A stretch of 64,000 nucleotides of DNA, taken from Nitrospinaceae bacterium. GTDB lineage: Bacteria; Nitrospinota; Nitrospinia; Nitrospinales; Nitrospinaceae. The stretch is taken from positions 1,600,001-1,664,000 of the forward strand of contig OZ250172.1 in assembly GCA_965237905.1 (NCBI GenBank). The letters are read 5' to 3'. This document shows, in pieces, positions 1-9,131 of the stretch. Within the stretch, counting starts at the first letter, position 1, and each line of letters starts with the position of its first letter. The notes under the pieces were generated by a model. That model searched no databases. It saw nothing but the letters and a program-made list of their open reading frames with translations, and was not told where the DNA came from. A program made the translations under genes and the position numbers.

Positions 1-136
1 ATTGTTGGGAAATCTCATCGAGAGTGAGGAACTGTGCCGGAGGTTCGACCGGTCTGGGAGGCGGAAGGGTTTCACAGGCTGTCAGAACACCTGCCAAAAG
101 ACACAGGAAGACCGGGAGTTTAAGTTTTCGTCTCAT
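1..136 (-). CDS. Lipoprotein, 5' part only (runs off the window edge)
   Basis: Manual translation from ATG 136: MRRKLKLPVFLCLLAGVLTAC-ETLPPP, with lipobox LTAC; lies just downstream of the TPR gene. Confidence 0.7.
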   Translation of the reverse strand, partial: MRRKLKLPVFLCLLAGVLTACETLPPPRPVEPPAQFLTLDEISQQ

Positions 137-163
137 CAAAGTGATTGGCAGGAGGGAAAGAAA

Positions 164-2461
164 TCAAAAACTTTGTAACATCAATTGGTCCGCCTTACGG
201 ATTTTCTCACGGAGTTTGTCCGGATCGGGTATTTCTCCGGCCGGGTCCTCCAGCTTCTTCAGAGTCAACGCCAGGCTGGTTTTCCAGGCTTTACGGGCTT
301 GCGTGACATCATCCATGGAAAAATACACGTCTCCCAAATGGTCATAGAGCACGGGATCGGGCTGGGCGTACACCATGGCTTTTTTAATGTGCACCAAGGC
401 CTGCTTCGGCTCGCCCTTTTTGTGATAAATCCATCCCAGGCTGTCCAAAAAATATCCGTTTCGGGGCTGAATATTCAACGCCTGCTTCAAGTGACTCAAA
501 GCCTTGTCGAGGTCTTCTCCCTTCGTCGCGTAAATATACCCGATGAAGTTGTGCGCATTGGAATGGTGCGGATTGATTTCCAAAGTCTGTTTCATGCTGG
601 CAATGGCCTTGTCGTATTGCCCCAACCGTTCAAGGAGGGCTCCCTGCTCAAAATAATACGTATCTTTTTTGTCATTCAGTTTGATGGCCTTGTTGATATT
701 CTGGTAGGCCTCTTCATTTTCATTCAGAGACATGTGGGCCAGTGCCAGCGCATGATAAAACCGGTCATTAGCAGGGTCTATGATCACCGCCTTTTTCAAG
801 AGCTCGATCGATTTTTTCATCTCCTTGTTGAGTCCGTAAAGCCGGGCCAGGTTCAACAGGATATCAACCGATTCTTCACCGGTGTCGTCCTTTCGATAGG
901 CTTCCACTTCGGTGATGGCTTTATCCATTCTTCCGAACAACTCATAAATTTTGGCGATGACGAGGCGCAATTCCTTGTCTTCTTCATTGGCGAGCGCCAA
1001 GCGAAACTCGTCTACCGCTTCGAGATAAATCGCCTGCTCATAAAAAATGATGCCGATCTGGGTATGGATGTTGGCCTCATCCGGTTCGAAAGGAGGCATT
1101 TTTGCTACTTCCACGTTGTCGGTCGATTGGGCATCAGCGGCAAAGTTGAACCGTTTTAAATGTTCGTTGATTTTTTTATCGCCGGGTTTCAGTTTCAAAA
1201 TAATTTTGTACTGCTCCATGGCCTCCGGATATTTTTTCTGAAGCTCCAGCACACTGGCCAGGTTTTCCCGGGCTTCGATGAAACTGGGGCGAAGGGTCAG
1301 GGACTTCTTGAACTTCTCTTCCGCGCTTTGCATTTCACCGGTACGCGCCAGGGCCGATCCCAAGTAGTGATACCCCAGAGGGTTGGCCGGTGCGACCACG
1401 GTGGCCTGATGGAACAGTTCGCGCGCACCCTTGTATTGCTTTAACGCCCGCAGGTTGTACCCGGCGAGCAAATAAGTGCGGGCGTTGGAAGGTTCAACTT
1501 CCATGACTTTTTTATAGTGATCCAAGGCCTCCTGATATTTGCCCTGACTGGATAAAATGTCACCCATGGCCATATGGACCCGCACATTATTTGGAAAACG
1601 GCTGATCGCGTCCTTTCCGGCTTCCAGCGCCTGCTGAAATTGACCGGTGCGCAAATACAGGCTGACCAGATGGGTGTGTAGACTTTCACGGTTCGGATCG
1701 AACTGAACAACCAGCGCATAGCGCCGGGCGGCTTCGTCAAAATCTCCTTCCCGCTCGTACTGGTACGCTCTTAAATAATGATAATACGCGCGCGGATCAC
1801 GGTAATTTCTGTCGGGATATTTTTTGTTGAGCGCCTGAACCTGCCGGACAGCATAGGATGATTTGGATGAACCGAGGGTCATCGAAGGCATCTCAGTACG
1901 CGCATCCACTTGTATCGCTTTGGAATGGCTGGAGGGTTGCAACGAAGCACAATTGGCAAGGATAAACACACTCACCAACGCCAGGGCGACAAAGCGGAGT
2001 TTTGTACTGAGGCGGGCAAGACGCTCCCGTAACTCGGGGTCCGTGATCGGCTTCAAGTGTTCCTCTCGGGCAACAGTATTCTTATCCATAGGTTGATTAT
2101 AACTCGGGGATGCCGAGATTTTTAAGGGTTTGTTGGAGTGAATGGGGACACCTTCGACTTGTTTAACTATTATCTCCTTAAAGCCTTTAGAATCAAACAT
2201 TTTATTCAATTTAGCCAGGATTTTCCGCTCGTAGGTGTGCAATACAGGCACCCATTCCTGCCCTTTAACCTCCACAAAAAGAGTGCTTTTGGCCACTTTA
2301 ACGACCCGCGACCAGCTCCCGATTTCCTCTCCGACCACCAGGCTCCAGAGCAGGTTGATCTGGTTTAACTCCGAGTCGGGAGTTGCGGGCAGCGATTTGA
2401 TCGATTCGGCTAGAACTTCACCCATCGAACTCCAGCCGAAGGATTTTTTCTGTTGCGCCAA
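164..2461 (-). CDS. DciA/DUF721-like N-terminal domain fused through a hydrophobic segment to a multi-TPR protein
   Basis: N-terminal W..VVG..I...SRVV...TL.VEV...W...L......IL.KLN pattern; hydrophobic FVALALVSVFILANC at aa 157-171; many TPRs ending in LDSLGWIY...HLGDVY. Confidence 0.75.
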   Translation of the reverse strand: MAQQKKSFGWSSMGEVLAESIKSLPATPDSELNQINLLWSLVVGEEIGSWSRVVKVAKSTLFVEVKGQEWVPVLHTYERKILAKLNKMFDSKGFKEIIVKQVEGVPIHSNKPLKISASPSYNQPMDKNTVAREEHLKPITDPELRERLARLSTKLRFVALALVSVFILANCASLQPSSHSKAIQVDARTEMPSMTLGSSKSSYAVRQVQALNKKYPDRNYRDPRAYYHYLRAYQYEREGDFDEAARRYALVVQFDPNRESLHTHLVSLYLRTGQFQQALEAGKDAISRFPNNVRVHMAMGDILSSQGKYQEALDHYKKVMEVEPSNARTYLLAGYNLRALKQYKGARELFHQATVVAPANPLGYHYLGSALARTGEMQSAEEKFKKSLTLRPSFIEARENLASVLELQKKYPEAMEQYKIILKLKPGDKKINEHLKRFNFAADAQSTDNVEVAKMPPFEPDEANIHTQIGIIFYEQAIYLEAVDEFRLALANEEDKELRLVIAKIYELFGRMDKAITEVEAYRKDDTGEESVDILLNLARLYGLNKEMKKSIELLKKAVIIDPANDRFYHALALAHMSLNENEEAYQNINKAIKLNDKKDTYYFEQGALLERLGQYDKAIASMKQTLEINPHHSNAHNFIGYIYATKGEDLDKALSHLKQALNIQPRNGYFLDSLGWIYHKKGEPKQALVHIKKAMVYAQPDPVLYDHLGDVYFSMDDVTQARKAWKTSLALTLKKLEDPAGEIPDPDKLREKIRKADQLMLQSF

Positions 2462-2664
2462 GTGGATAACCCCGCTTCAATCACATAGAGTGTTAATAAT
2501 AGTAGTTTAGATAGAATTGCGCGCTTTTCATAGTTTAAATTAGTCTAAATTTCTCTTGCCGGTTCACGGTATCGAATAAGTACTTGTTTTTGTATTTATA
2601 ACTCCAATTGAGTGGGCTCCGATATTACAATGGAAGAGAACCTTTAGAGTACTCTTTGACTTAT

Positions 2665-4155
2665 ATGCGACCACGAATCCTCCTGATCCTCCTCGGCATC
2701 CTCAGCACAGTCCTCTACCTTGCGATGTGGCATATTTCTTACCAGTTCAACTGGGGAGAAGGTTACCGCGACCGCCCCATCCTGATTTACCTGGCGATCT
2801 ATTTCAGCTTGTTCGCCAGTTACGCGGGGGCCGTCTGGATCATCTGGCAACGGACGAAGGAGGACTCACGACTGTTGTGGACCCTGATCGTGCTCGGCCT
2901 CTTGTTCCGCGCCGCCCTCCTGCCCGCGCAACAGATTCAGGAAGACGACGTGTATCGCTATTTGTGGGACGGCAAGGTGTTCGCCCACGAGGTCAACCCC
3001 TATAAGTTCTCGCCGATGGAAGTGACACGCTTCAAGCAGTTCCTCATCCAGGACCCGGAGACGTTTGAACAAACGTACGACACCCGGAGCATAGCCGAGT
3101 TGTCCCAACTCTACGATCTGAAATGGGCAAGTCCGGAAAGTATGGTGTATCAGGAGCGCATCAACCACCCCCAGGTGGCGACGATCTATCCGCCGCTGGC
3201 GCAAATGGTGTTCCGGCTGGCACACCATATCCAACCCGACAGCATCATCACCCTGCGGCTTTTATTTCTGGTGTTCGACCTCGTGGCACTGATGTTCATC
3301 GTGTTGACGTTGCAGGCGCTAGGCATCAACCGGCTTTGGGCGATGGTGTATTTCTGGTGCCCGCTGGTGATTAAGGAGACGTTCAACTCGACGCACCTCG
3401 ACATCATCGGGATCGCCATGTTGTGCGGCATGTTGTACTGTCTGGTGCAGAAACGATTCTTTTCCGCCAACGCGTTTCTGGCGCTCAGTGTGGTGGGAAA
3501 ACTCTACCCCGCCATCCTGCTTCCTCTCATCCTCAAACAACAGTGGGCGGGCAAGGCCCGCAGCAAAAATTCCCTACTGGAATGCAGTCTTAGTGTTTTG
3601 TTCTTCGGTGGGATCGTTGCGCTGTTTTACCTGCCATTTATCGAGATCGGCGCGCAAAATTTTTCCGGCCTGGCGACATACGCTACGCGCTGGCAACAGA
3701 ACGACAGCATCTTCGCGCTTCTCGTCGGATTCTTCGGCCTGTTTGTGGAGTCGAACGGACCCGTCCCCTTCTCCTACGACCTGCCGTCCTTGCTGGCAAA
3801 GATTGCCGTGGCGTTGATGCTTGGCGCAGTGATGCTGTATCTGCTGTTCTGGAGAAAGGAAACGGAGAACCCGGAACCCAAGGCGGTACTAGAACCGCTC
3901 TTCATTATAATGGTGCTCGTGTTCCTGCTGAGCCCGGTGCAGAATCCCTGGTACCTGTGCTGGGTGGTGCCTTTCCTGTGCGTCTTCCCCTGGCGCGCGG
4001 GGATTCTATTGACCGGCCTCGTCGGCCTCTACTACCTCGACTTCTACTTCGACTACCAGGATATCAACCAATACGCCCCCTGGATCCCCTGGTTCGAATA
4101 CATCCCGTTTTATCTTTTCCTGGGATTGGAATTAAAATCTAAAAAACTCTCATAA
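2665..4155 (+). CDS. Polytopic GT-C-type glycosyltransferase-like membrane protein (GT87/DUF2029-like)
   Basis: DDVYRYLWDG, TIYPP and NPWY motifs with many TM segments; ATG 2665 preferred over TTG 2608. Confidence 0.65.
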   Translation: MRPRILLILLGILSTVLYLAMWHISYQFNWGEGYRDRPILIYLAIYFSLFASYAGAVWIIWQRTKEDSRLLWTLIVLGLLFRAALLPAQQIQEDDVYRYLWDGKVFAHEVNPYKFSPMEVTRFKQFLIQDPETFEQTYDTRSIAELSQLYDLKWASPESMVYQERINHPQVATIYPPLAQMVFRLAHHIQPDSIITLRLLFLVFDLVALMFIVLTLQALGINRLWAMVYFWCPLVIKETFNSTHLDIIGIAMLCGMLYCLVQKRFFSANAFLALSVVGKLYPAILLPLILKQQWAGKARSKNSLLECSLSVLFFGGIVALFYLPFIEIGAQNFSGLATYATRWQQNDSIFALLVGFFGLFVESNGPVPFSYDLPSLLAKIAVALMLGAVMLYLLFWRKETENPEPKAVLEPLFIIMVLVFLLSPVQNPWYLCWVVPFLCVFPWRAGILLTGLVGLYYLDFYFDYQDINQYAPWIPWFEYIPFYLFLGLELKSKKLS

Positions 4156-4179
4156 TCGAACTCAGCCCTACGGATCCAG

Positions 4180-5670
4180 CTAATCCGGTTTTTTGAGGCC
4201 GAGTTTTTTGATCTTGGAGTGCAGGGTGGTGGGTTTCATTCCGAGGATTTCTGCCGCGCCATCGGGTCCGGTGATTTTCCAGCCGCATTGATTGAGGGCG
4301 TTCAATAGATTCTCCCGGTCCCGCTGTTTCATTTCCTCTTCCGTCAAGACAGGCTTTTCAGCATCGGACGCTCGCCGTCTATCCTCTTTTCCGCGTCTGC
4401 CATTGCCCTTTATTCCCTGGGTCAGGTGAAACGCAAGTTTGCCGGAACGTGCGGTGATGATGGCGCGTTCGATCACGTTTTGCAATTCCCGCACATTGCC
4501 GGGCCAGTCGTAACCCTGAAGCTCAAGCATATTGGCCTTTGTGAATTGAGGAAGCGGGAGGTTTAACTTGCTGGCCGCCTGATTAAGAAAACGGTTCGCC
4601 AAGCTGGGGATATCTTCTTTCCGATCGCGCAGGGGCGGCACCTCTATGGGAAATACGTTCAGACGGTAAAACAGGTCTTCGCGGAAACGTTTCGCCAGCA
4701 CCTCCTCTTTCAAATTGCGGTTGGTGGCGGTAATGATGCGCACATCCGTCTTGCGGGTTTGTTCATCGCCGATACGTTCATAAGTACCTTCCTGCAAAAC
4801 GCGCAGTAATTTGCTCTGGAGATCCAAAGGCACCTCTCCAATCTCATCCAGGAACAATGTCCCGCCATCGGCCAGTTGAAAACGGCCCGCCCGGTCTTTG
4901 ATGGCTCCCGTGAACGCGCCTTTGACATGCCCGAAGAATTCGCTTTCATACAGTTCTTTGGGGATGGAAGCGCAATTGACTTTGATCATGGTGCGTTTCC
5001 GGCGGGCGCTGCGATTGTGAATCTCCCGCGCCACCAGCTCCTTGCCGGTGCCCGACTCGCCGGTAATCAGCACACTGGCGTCGGTCGGTCCCACCATCTC
5101 GATTTGTCGCAGGATGCTTTCCAAGGCCGGACTGCTGCCGACAATTTCCCCATAAGCCTTGGCTTCCAGGACCTCTTCATTGAGATAGGCGTTTTCCAAT
5201 TCCAATTGACGCCGCAGGCGCTGGATTTCCTCTTCCGCCTGTTTGCGCGCGCTGATGTCCCGGAACACGACCACGGCTCCCCGCAATTTCAGATTTTCCC
5301 AAATGGGAGTGCTGACATACTCCACCGGGAAGGAGGTGCCGTCTTTCCGCCAGAACACCTCATTGGAAACCGTATGGACTTTGCCATCTTTGAAAGCCGC
5401 ATAAATAGGACATTCCAAATTGGAATAGGCTGTTCGGTCGGATTTCGAATGGTGAATCAGTTTATGTTGGCAAACTCCAATCATTTCCTTGGCGGTGTAT
5501 CCGGTCATTTTCTGCGCGGCGGGATTCACAAAGGTGGTCTTACCTTCTGTATCAATACCGTAAATTCCCTCACCCGCCGACTCCAGAACCAGCTTGTTCA
5601 GGTGGCGGACACCTTTTAATGCTTGATCGGTAAGTTCTACCTGCGCTTTGTTTTCGGGACGCATTTTCAT
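4180..5670 (-). CDS. Sigma-54 enhancer-binding protein (PAS-AAA+-Fis HTH)
   Basis: PAS domain; Walker A GESGTGKE; ESEFFGH; GAFTGA; LFLDEIGE; WPGNVREL; C-terminal HTH. ATG 5670 matches the start of the remnant copy at 8907. Confidence 0.95.
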   Translation of the reverse strand: MKMRPENKAQVELTDQALKGVRHLNKLVLESAGEGIYGIDTEGKTTFVNPAAQKMTGYTAKEMIGVCQHKLIHHSKSDRTAYSNLECPIYAAFKDGKVHTVSNEVFWRKDGTSFPVEYVSTPIWENLKLRGAVVVFRDISARKQAEEEIQRLRRQLELENAYLNEEVLEAKAYGEIVGSSPALESILRQIEMVGPTDASVLITGESGTGKELVAREIHNRSARRKRTMIKVNCASIPKELYESEFFGHVKGAFTGAIKDRAGRFQLADGGTLFLDEIGEVPLDLQSKLLRVLQEGTYERIGDEQTRKTDVRIITATNRNLKEEVLAKRFREDLFYRLNVFPIEVPPLRDRKEDIPSLANRFLNQAASKLNLPLPQFTKANMLELQGYDWPGNVRELQNVIERAIITARSGKLAFHLTQGIKGNGRRGKEDRRRASDAEKPVLTEEEMKQRDRENLLNALNQCGWKITGPDGAAEILGMKPTTLHSKIKKLGLKKPD

Positions 5671-5707
5671 GCCAGCAATATATCCCAATCTTCGTAACTT
5701 GCCCACT

Positions 5708-5730
5708 AAATCTCGCTATTAACGAAATTT
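5708..5730. promoter_or_regulatory. Putative activator binding site (UAS), copy 1
   Basis: AAATCTCG-N7-CGAAATTT, starting 96 bp upstream of the -24 GG. Confidence 0.7.
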
Positions 5731-5802
5731 CGCTACTTCCTCAACCTCCCCTATAACCCAATAATCCGTTTAGAAATAGCAGTTTACAAGATATCTCCAT
5801 TT

Positions 5803-5818
5803 TGGCACGGGACCTGCT
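5803..5818 (+). promoter_or_regulatory. Sigma-54 -24/-12 promoter, copy 1
   Basis: TGGCACGGGACCTGCT, GG-N10-GC, divergent from the activator gene. Confidence 0.85.
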
Positions 5819-5829
5819 CTATACCAGTC

Positions 5830-5893
5830 AATGCTGCAAAGAAAATAAGAAACCGTTTCGATCTACTTCCCTTAGGCGAAACCTTTAAAACTT
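5830..5893 (+). repeat. 64-bp imperfect direct repeat, copy A
   Basis: aatgctgcaaagaaaataagaaaccgtttcgatctacttcccttaggcgaaacctttaaaactt; aligns without gaps to 7108-7171. Confidence 0.8.
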
Positions 5894-5909
5894 TCAAAAG
5901 GAGAACAAC

Positions 5910-6326
5910 ATGCCTCTTACACTCACACTTACCGAAGGTGTTCTTCCACGCAGTTCAGAAAAACAAGCAGTCGAGCAACTCACTGACGCCATGCTGGAAC
6001 GACACGGCCTCACCGGCAATAAAGTCATGACACCCAACATCACCGCGAATGTTCATGTGGTGCCCAAAGGATCCTCGTTTTCTGGCGGCAAAGAATTCGC
6101 CGGCGCCTGGGTTGAATGGAAAGTCCCTTCGTTTGCGTTTAACACCCGAGAGCTCCACCAGGGCTATTTCAAGGACGCCACCGACATCATTCAAAAACTG
6201 TCAGGCGGCAAACAACCTCGAGACAACATCTACGTGAACGTCGTCCACACGGTCGATGGCGCCTGGAATCTCGATGGCAAAGCGATGACCAACGAAGAGC
6301 TGGGTCAGGCAATTTCAGAAGGCTAA
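5910..6326 (+). CDS. Tautomerase-superfamily protein
   Basis: N-terminal Pro after Met, beta-alpha-beta pattern, C-terminal GAW; strong RBS. Confidence 0.7.
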   Translation: MPLTLTLTEGVLPRSSEKQAVEQLTDAMLERHGLTGNKVMTPNITANVHVVPKGSSFSGGKEFAGAWVEWKVPSFAFNTRELHQGYFKDATDIIQKLSGGKQPRDNIYVNVVHTVDGAWNLDGKAMTNEELGQAISEG

Positions 6327-6406
6327 CCGCCTGAGTTCCTGTGGCCCTCATTTGGGGCCACTTATAAACAGATTAGGGCCGAAGGGTCCATAAGGAGGAT
6401 AAACAA

Positions 6407-7138
6407 ATGAGCCACTACATCCTAATTCACGGAGCCTGGGAAGAATCACGAGCCTGGGACGACGTTTTACCGGTTCTGCAGCAAAACGGTCATACGGTAA
6501 CGGCCATTGATCTGCCTGGTAATGGCAAGAATAAGCAACCGATCCCGCAAGTGACGATGGCAAGTTACATACAAACCGTTGTCAATGTGATCAAGCAGCT
6601 TGACCATCAGATTATTTTGGTGGGTCACAGCATGACCGGTGCGGTTATCTCGCAGGTGGCTGAACAGATACCTGAGAAAATCGAAAGACTGATCTACGTT
6701 GCCGCATTCTTGTTGAAAAACGGTGGATCTGTTTTGGAAGCAATGCAAAGCGACGCCGAGGGCGAGTTCCTTCCGGAAATAGTGTTTTCAGATGATCAAA
6801 CCTACGCCACGGTTCCAGAGCAGGCACTGCGGAGTATCGGTTTTCATGACGTCGAAGAAACGGTCATTCAACGCGTTCTGCCGCTAATGACTGAACAACA
6901 AGCGACTGAGCCATTTATGGCCAAGGTCGTGGTGAGTGAGGAAAATTTTGGTTCTGTGCCAAAAACTTACATTCGCACCACCATCGATAAAGTCACTTCC
7001 CCTGCATTACAAGACACGATGATTGCCAACTGGGGAGTCGAAACCGTTCATGATTTAGAGTCTGGACATTTCCCAGCGTTTTCAGTACCGGAAAAATTAG
7101 CAGGGTTAATGCTTCAAAGAAAGTTAGAAACGGTTTAG
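6407..7138 (+). CDS. Alpha/beta hydrolase (esterase, methylesterase-like)
   Basis: LIHGAW, GHSMTG nucleophile elbow, Asp, SGHFP. Confidence 0.9.
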   Translation: MSHYILIHGAWEESRAWDDVLPVLQQNGHTVTAIDLPGNGKNKQPIPQVTMASYIQTVVNVIKQLDHQIILVGHSMTGAVISQVAEQIPEKIERLIYVAAFLLKNGGSVLEAMQSDAEGEFLPEIVFSDDQTYATVPEQALRSIGFHDVEETVIQRVLPLMTEQQATEPFMAKVVVSEENFGSVPKTYIRTTIDKVTSPALQDTMIANWGVETVHDLESGHFPAFSVPEKLAGLMLQRKLETV

Positions 7139-7171
7139 TCCGACTTCCCTTAGGTGAAACTTTTAAAACTT
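7108..7171 (+). repeat. 64-bp imperfect direct repeat, copy B (overlaps the hydrolase 3' end)
   Basis: aatgcttcaaagaaagttagaaacggtttagtccgacttcccttaggtgaaacttttaaaactt. Confidence 0.8.
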
Positions 7172-7176
7172 AACCG

Positions 7177-7207
7177 ATCCGTCCCCTGCTTTTCGCAGGG
7201 GGCGGAT
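7177..7207. terminator. GC-rich hairpin after the hydrolase gene
   Basis: atccgtcccctgc-tttt-cgcagggggcggat; no clear U-tract. Confidence 0.5.
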
Positions 7208-7277
7208 GAAAGGAAATGACCCTGAACCCGACTGAGTAGGAGAAGGTCATTAAAAAGAGAAAAAAGAGGAAAAAATC

Positions 7278-7706
7278 ATGAACAGAATTCAAATCCACTC
7301 AAAAAAATTTAGTGACAACAGAGCGATATTGTTGACTTCAAAGATACTTTTTGCTTTGACTCTGTTCATTATCCTGGGCTTGCCTAATTCAGGCCGGGCT
7401 TATGAATGGGATAGGAAAGCTTTGGAGGAAGCGGGCAATATGGATTTCCCCAAACAAAAGGCATTCACTCCGTTCTCTTACAATCAGCTCCAAAAGAAAG
7501 GTTATATTTTCGGTATCAAAATGGATTTCGAGGTCAATACCATTTGGTCCACGTCTAAGAATAAACTTAAATCAGAACAACTGAGCCATAAATTTATCGG
7601 CGAGGATTATTTCTCTGACGGGAATGATTTCTCGAATGAGTTGCCTCTTGCATCGGAGATGTCGATCGGCGCAAAACCGGCAAAATTACTTGAAGTTCGA
7701 TTTTAG
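7278..7706 (+). CDS. Hypothetical exported protein
   Basis: RBS gagga, signal-peptide-like segment ending GRA-Y, C-terminal Phe. Confidence 0.55.
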   Translation: MNRIQIHSKKFSDNRAILLTSKILFALTLFIILGLPNSGRAYEWDRKALEEAGNMDFPKQKAFTPFSYNQLQKKGYIFGIKMDFEVNTIWSTSKNKLKSEQLSHKFIGEDYFSDGNDFSNELPLASEMSIGAKPAKLLEVRF

Positions 7707-7757
7707 AAAACTTCACATTACCGTGTGTTTTTAAATAGAGTGCACTAATCCAATACG

Positions 7758-8423
7758 ATGATAAATATTAAAAAACATTTAGCTTTGATCCTGGTGTTTT
7801 TGACTCTGCCTCTTTTGTATTCTTTGTCGAGTCATTCCTTTTACCTGCCGGGGCTGACTTCCCTCTCTTCGGCACCGCCGGAGTTGAGCAAAAGGGTAAT
7901 TTCAAGACCGAAACAAATGCCCAGCAACGAGATACTGGAGGAACAGCGGGTTAAAAGTAAGATTTGGAAGGTAATTGCCAAGTACCAAACCGGATTGGGA
8001 ATGAAATCGCTCAAACAAGTTTCCCATCAGAGCTATCAGGAAAGCAAAAAGTATGACTACGATCCGCTGTTTTTAACGGCGTTGATTGTAACGGAGAGTT
8101 CGTTTAATAATCGGGCCAAGTCCCACAAAGGGGCACTGGGCTTGATGCAGATCAAACTCGCTACGGGTCAGGCCATGGCATCCGAAATGGGCGCCACCTG
8201 GGCCGGCCAATCGACGCTTTTTGATCCTGCCACGAATATTGCTTTGGGGGCTTTTTATCTCAACAAGCTCAAGAGACGGTTCAAGGATATGAAAATTGCA
8301 CTGGAAGCCTACAACCACGGGCCCTCCCGAATCTCGCGTTATCTGCGCAAAGGCAAGCTTCCGGAGGATTATTCCAAAAAGGTTTTTCACATTTACGATT
8401 TGATCCGGTCGCAATCGATTTAG
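7758..8423 (+). CDS. Lytic transglycosylase (SLT domain) with N-terminal anchor
   Basis: LIVTESSFN, GLMQI and AYNHG motifs. Confidence 0.9.
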   Translation: MINIKKHLALILVFLTLPLLYSLSSHSFYLPGLTSLSSAPPELSKRVISRPKQMPSNEILEEQRVKSKIWKVIAKYQTGLGMKSLKQVSHQSYQESKKYDYDPLFLTALIVTESSFNNRAKSHKGALGLMQIKLATGQAMASEMGATWAGQSTLFDPATNIALGAFYLNKLKRRFKDMKIALEAYNHGPSRISRYLRKGKLPEDYSKKVFHIYDLIRSQSI

Positions 8424-8449
8424 AAAGCTCTACACGAAGGAGAATAAGA

Positions 8450-8707
8450 ATGAATCAAGCGCAACTAACTATTGAAAATAAAGTGACAGCTCTATCGGAT
8501 TCCGATCTTGAGGCATCATGGATCCCCCTGGGGAAATCGTTCCAAGCACCTGATTGGGATACGACATCCCACCTGGTCAACATCGAAAATTTTCATATCG
8601 AGGGCCCGTCCGTCTTGTTGTTTTTCTGGGACGGTAAAAAGGTCCACCGGGTCACGGATGAACGGCTCAAGGAGGAAATGACCCGCATGATCGATTATAG
8701 TCTTTAA
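8450..8707 (+). CDS. Hypothetical protein, 85 aa
   Basis: AAGGAG RBS; co-oriented with the SLT gene. Confidence 0.55.
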   Translation: MNQAQLTIENKVTALSDSDLEASWIPLGKSFQAPDWDTTSHLVNIENFHIEGPSVLLFFWDGKKVHRVTDERLKEEMTRMIDYSL

Positions 8708-8729
8708 TTATTTTGGACTATTTTCCAGA

Positions 8730-8907
8730 CTCTCTTGAGGTAAATCCAGTCATTCTCTCCGAGACAGAATCCACAAACCGATTTTCCCTTCCATATCAAG
8801 ACCCTACCACTCACCCCCCAACTCAATATCAGCCTGTTACGTGACGACACCCCTTAATACCTGATCCTTGGTTCCACCTGCGTGCTGTTTTCAAGATGCG
8901 TTTTCAT
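8730..8907 (-). pseudogene. Decayed 5' remnant of a paralogue of the PAS sigma-54 activator
   Basis: Colinear similarity to about 5485-5670; reads MKTHLENSTQVE versus MKMRPENKAQVE, then indels and a stop. Confidence 0.75.
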
Positions 8908-8944
8908 ATCTCCAATACATTCCAAATCTCGTATTAGGCTCACT

Positions 8945-8967
8945 AAATTTCGCTATTAACGAAATTT
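8945..8967. promoter_or_regulatory. Putative UAS, copy 2
   Basis: Perfect inverted repeat AAATTTCG-N7-CGAAATTT, 96 bp upstream of the -24 GG. Confidence 0.75.
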
Positions 8968-9039
8968 CGCCATAAATTTCAAACGCCCTCTAGCCCAATA
9001 ACTGCTTTAAAAATAAGGTGTTATTGGATATCTCCATTT

Positions 9040-9055
9040 TGGCACGGGACCTGCT
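9040..9055 (+). promoter_or_regulatory. Sigma-54 -24/-12 promoter, copy 2
   Basis: TGGCACGGGACCTGCT, identical to copy 1 including flanks gatatctccattt and ctataccagt. Confidence 0.85.
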
Positions 9056-9131
9056 CTATACCAGTTAATGATTCAAGGAAAACAGGAAACAGCTTATCTC
9101 TACTTCTAAAACTTAAACAAGGAGAAACATC

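Noticed and set aside
5671..5706. ORF-track start of the activator at 5706
   Set aside because: It falls inside the conserved promoter module; the remnant copy supports ATG 5670.
7172..7260. Two hairpins as a possible riboswitch
   Set aside because: I recognise no aptamer consensus; an Rfam search would be needed.
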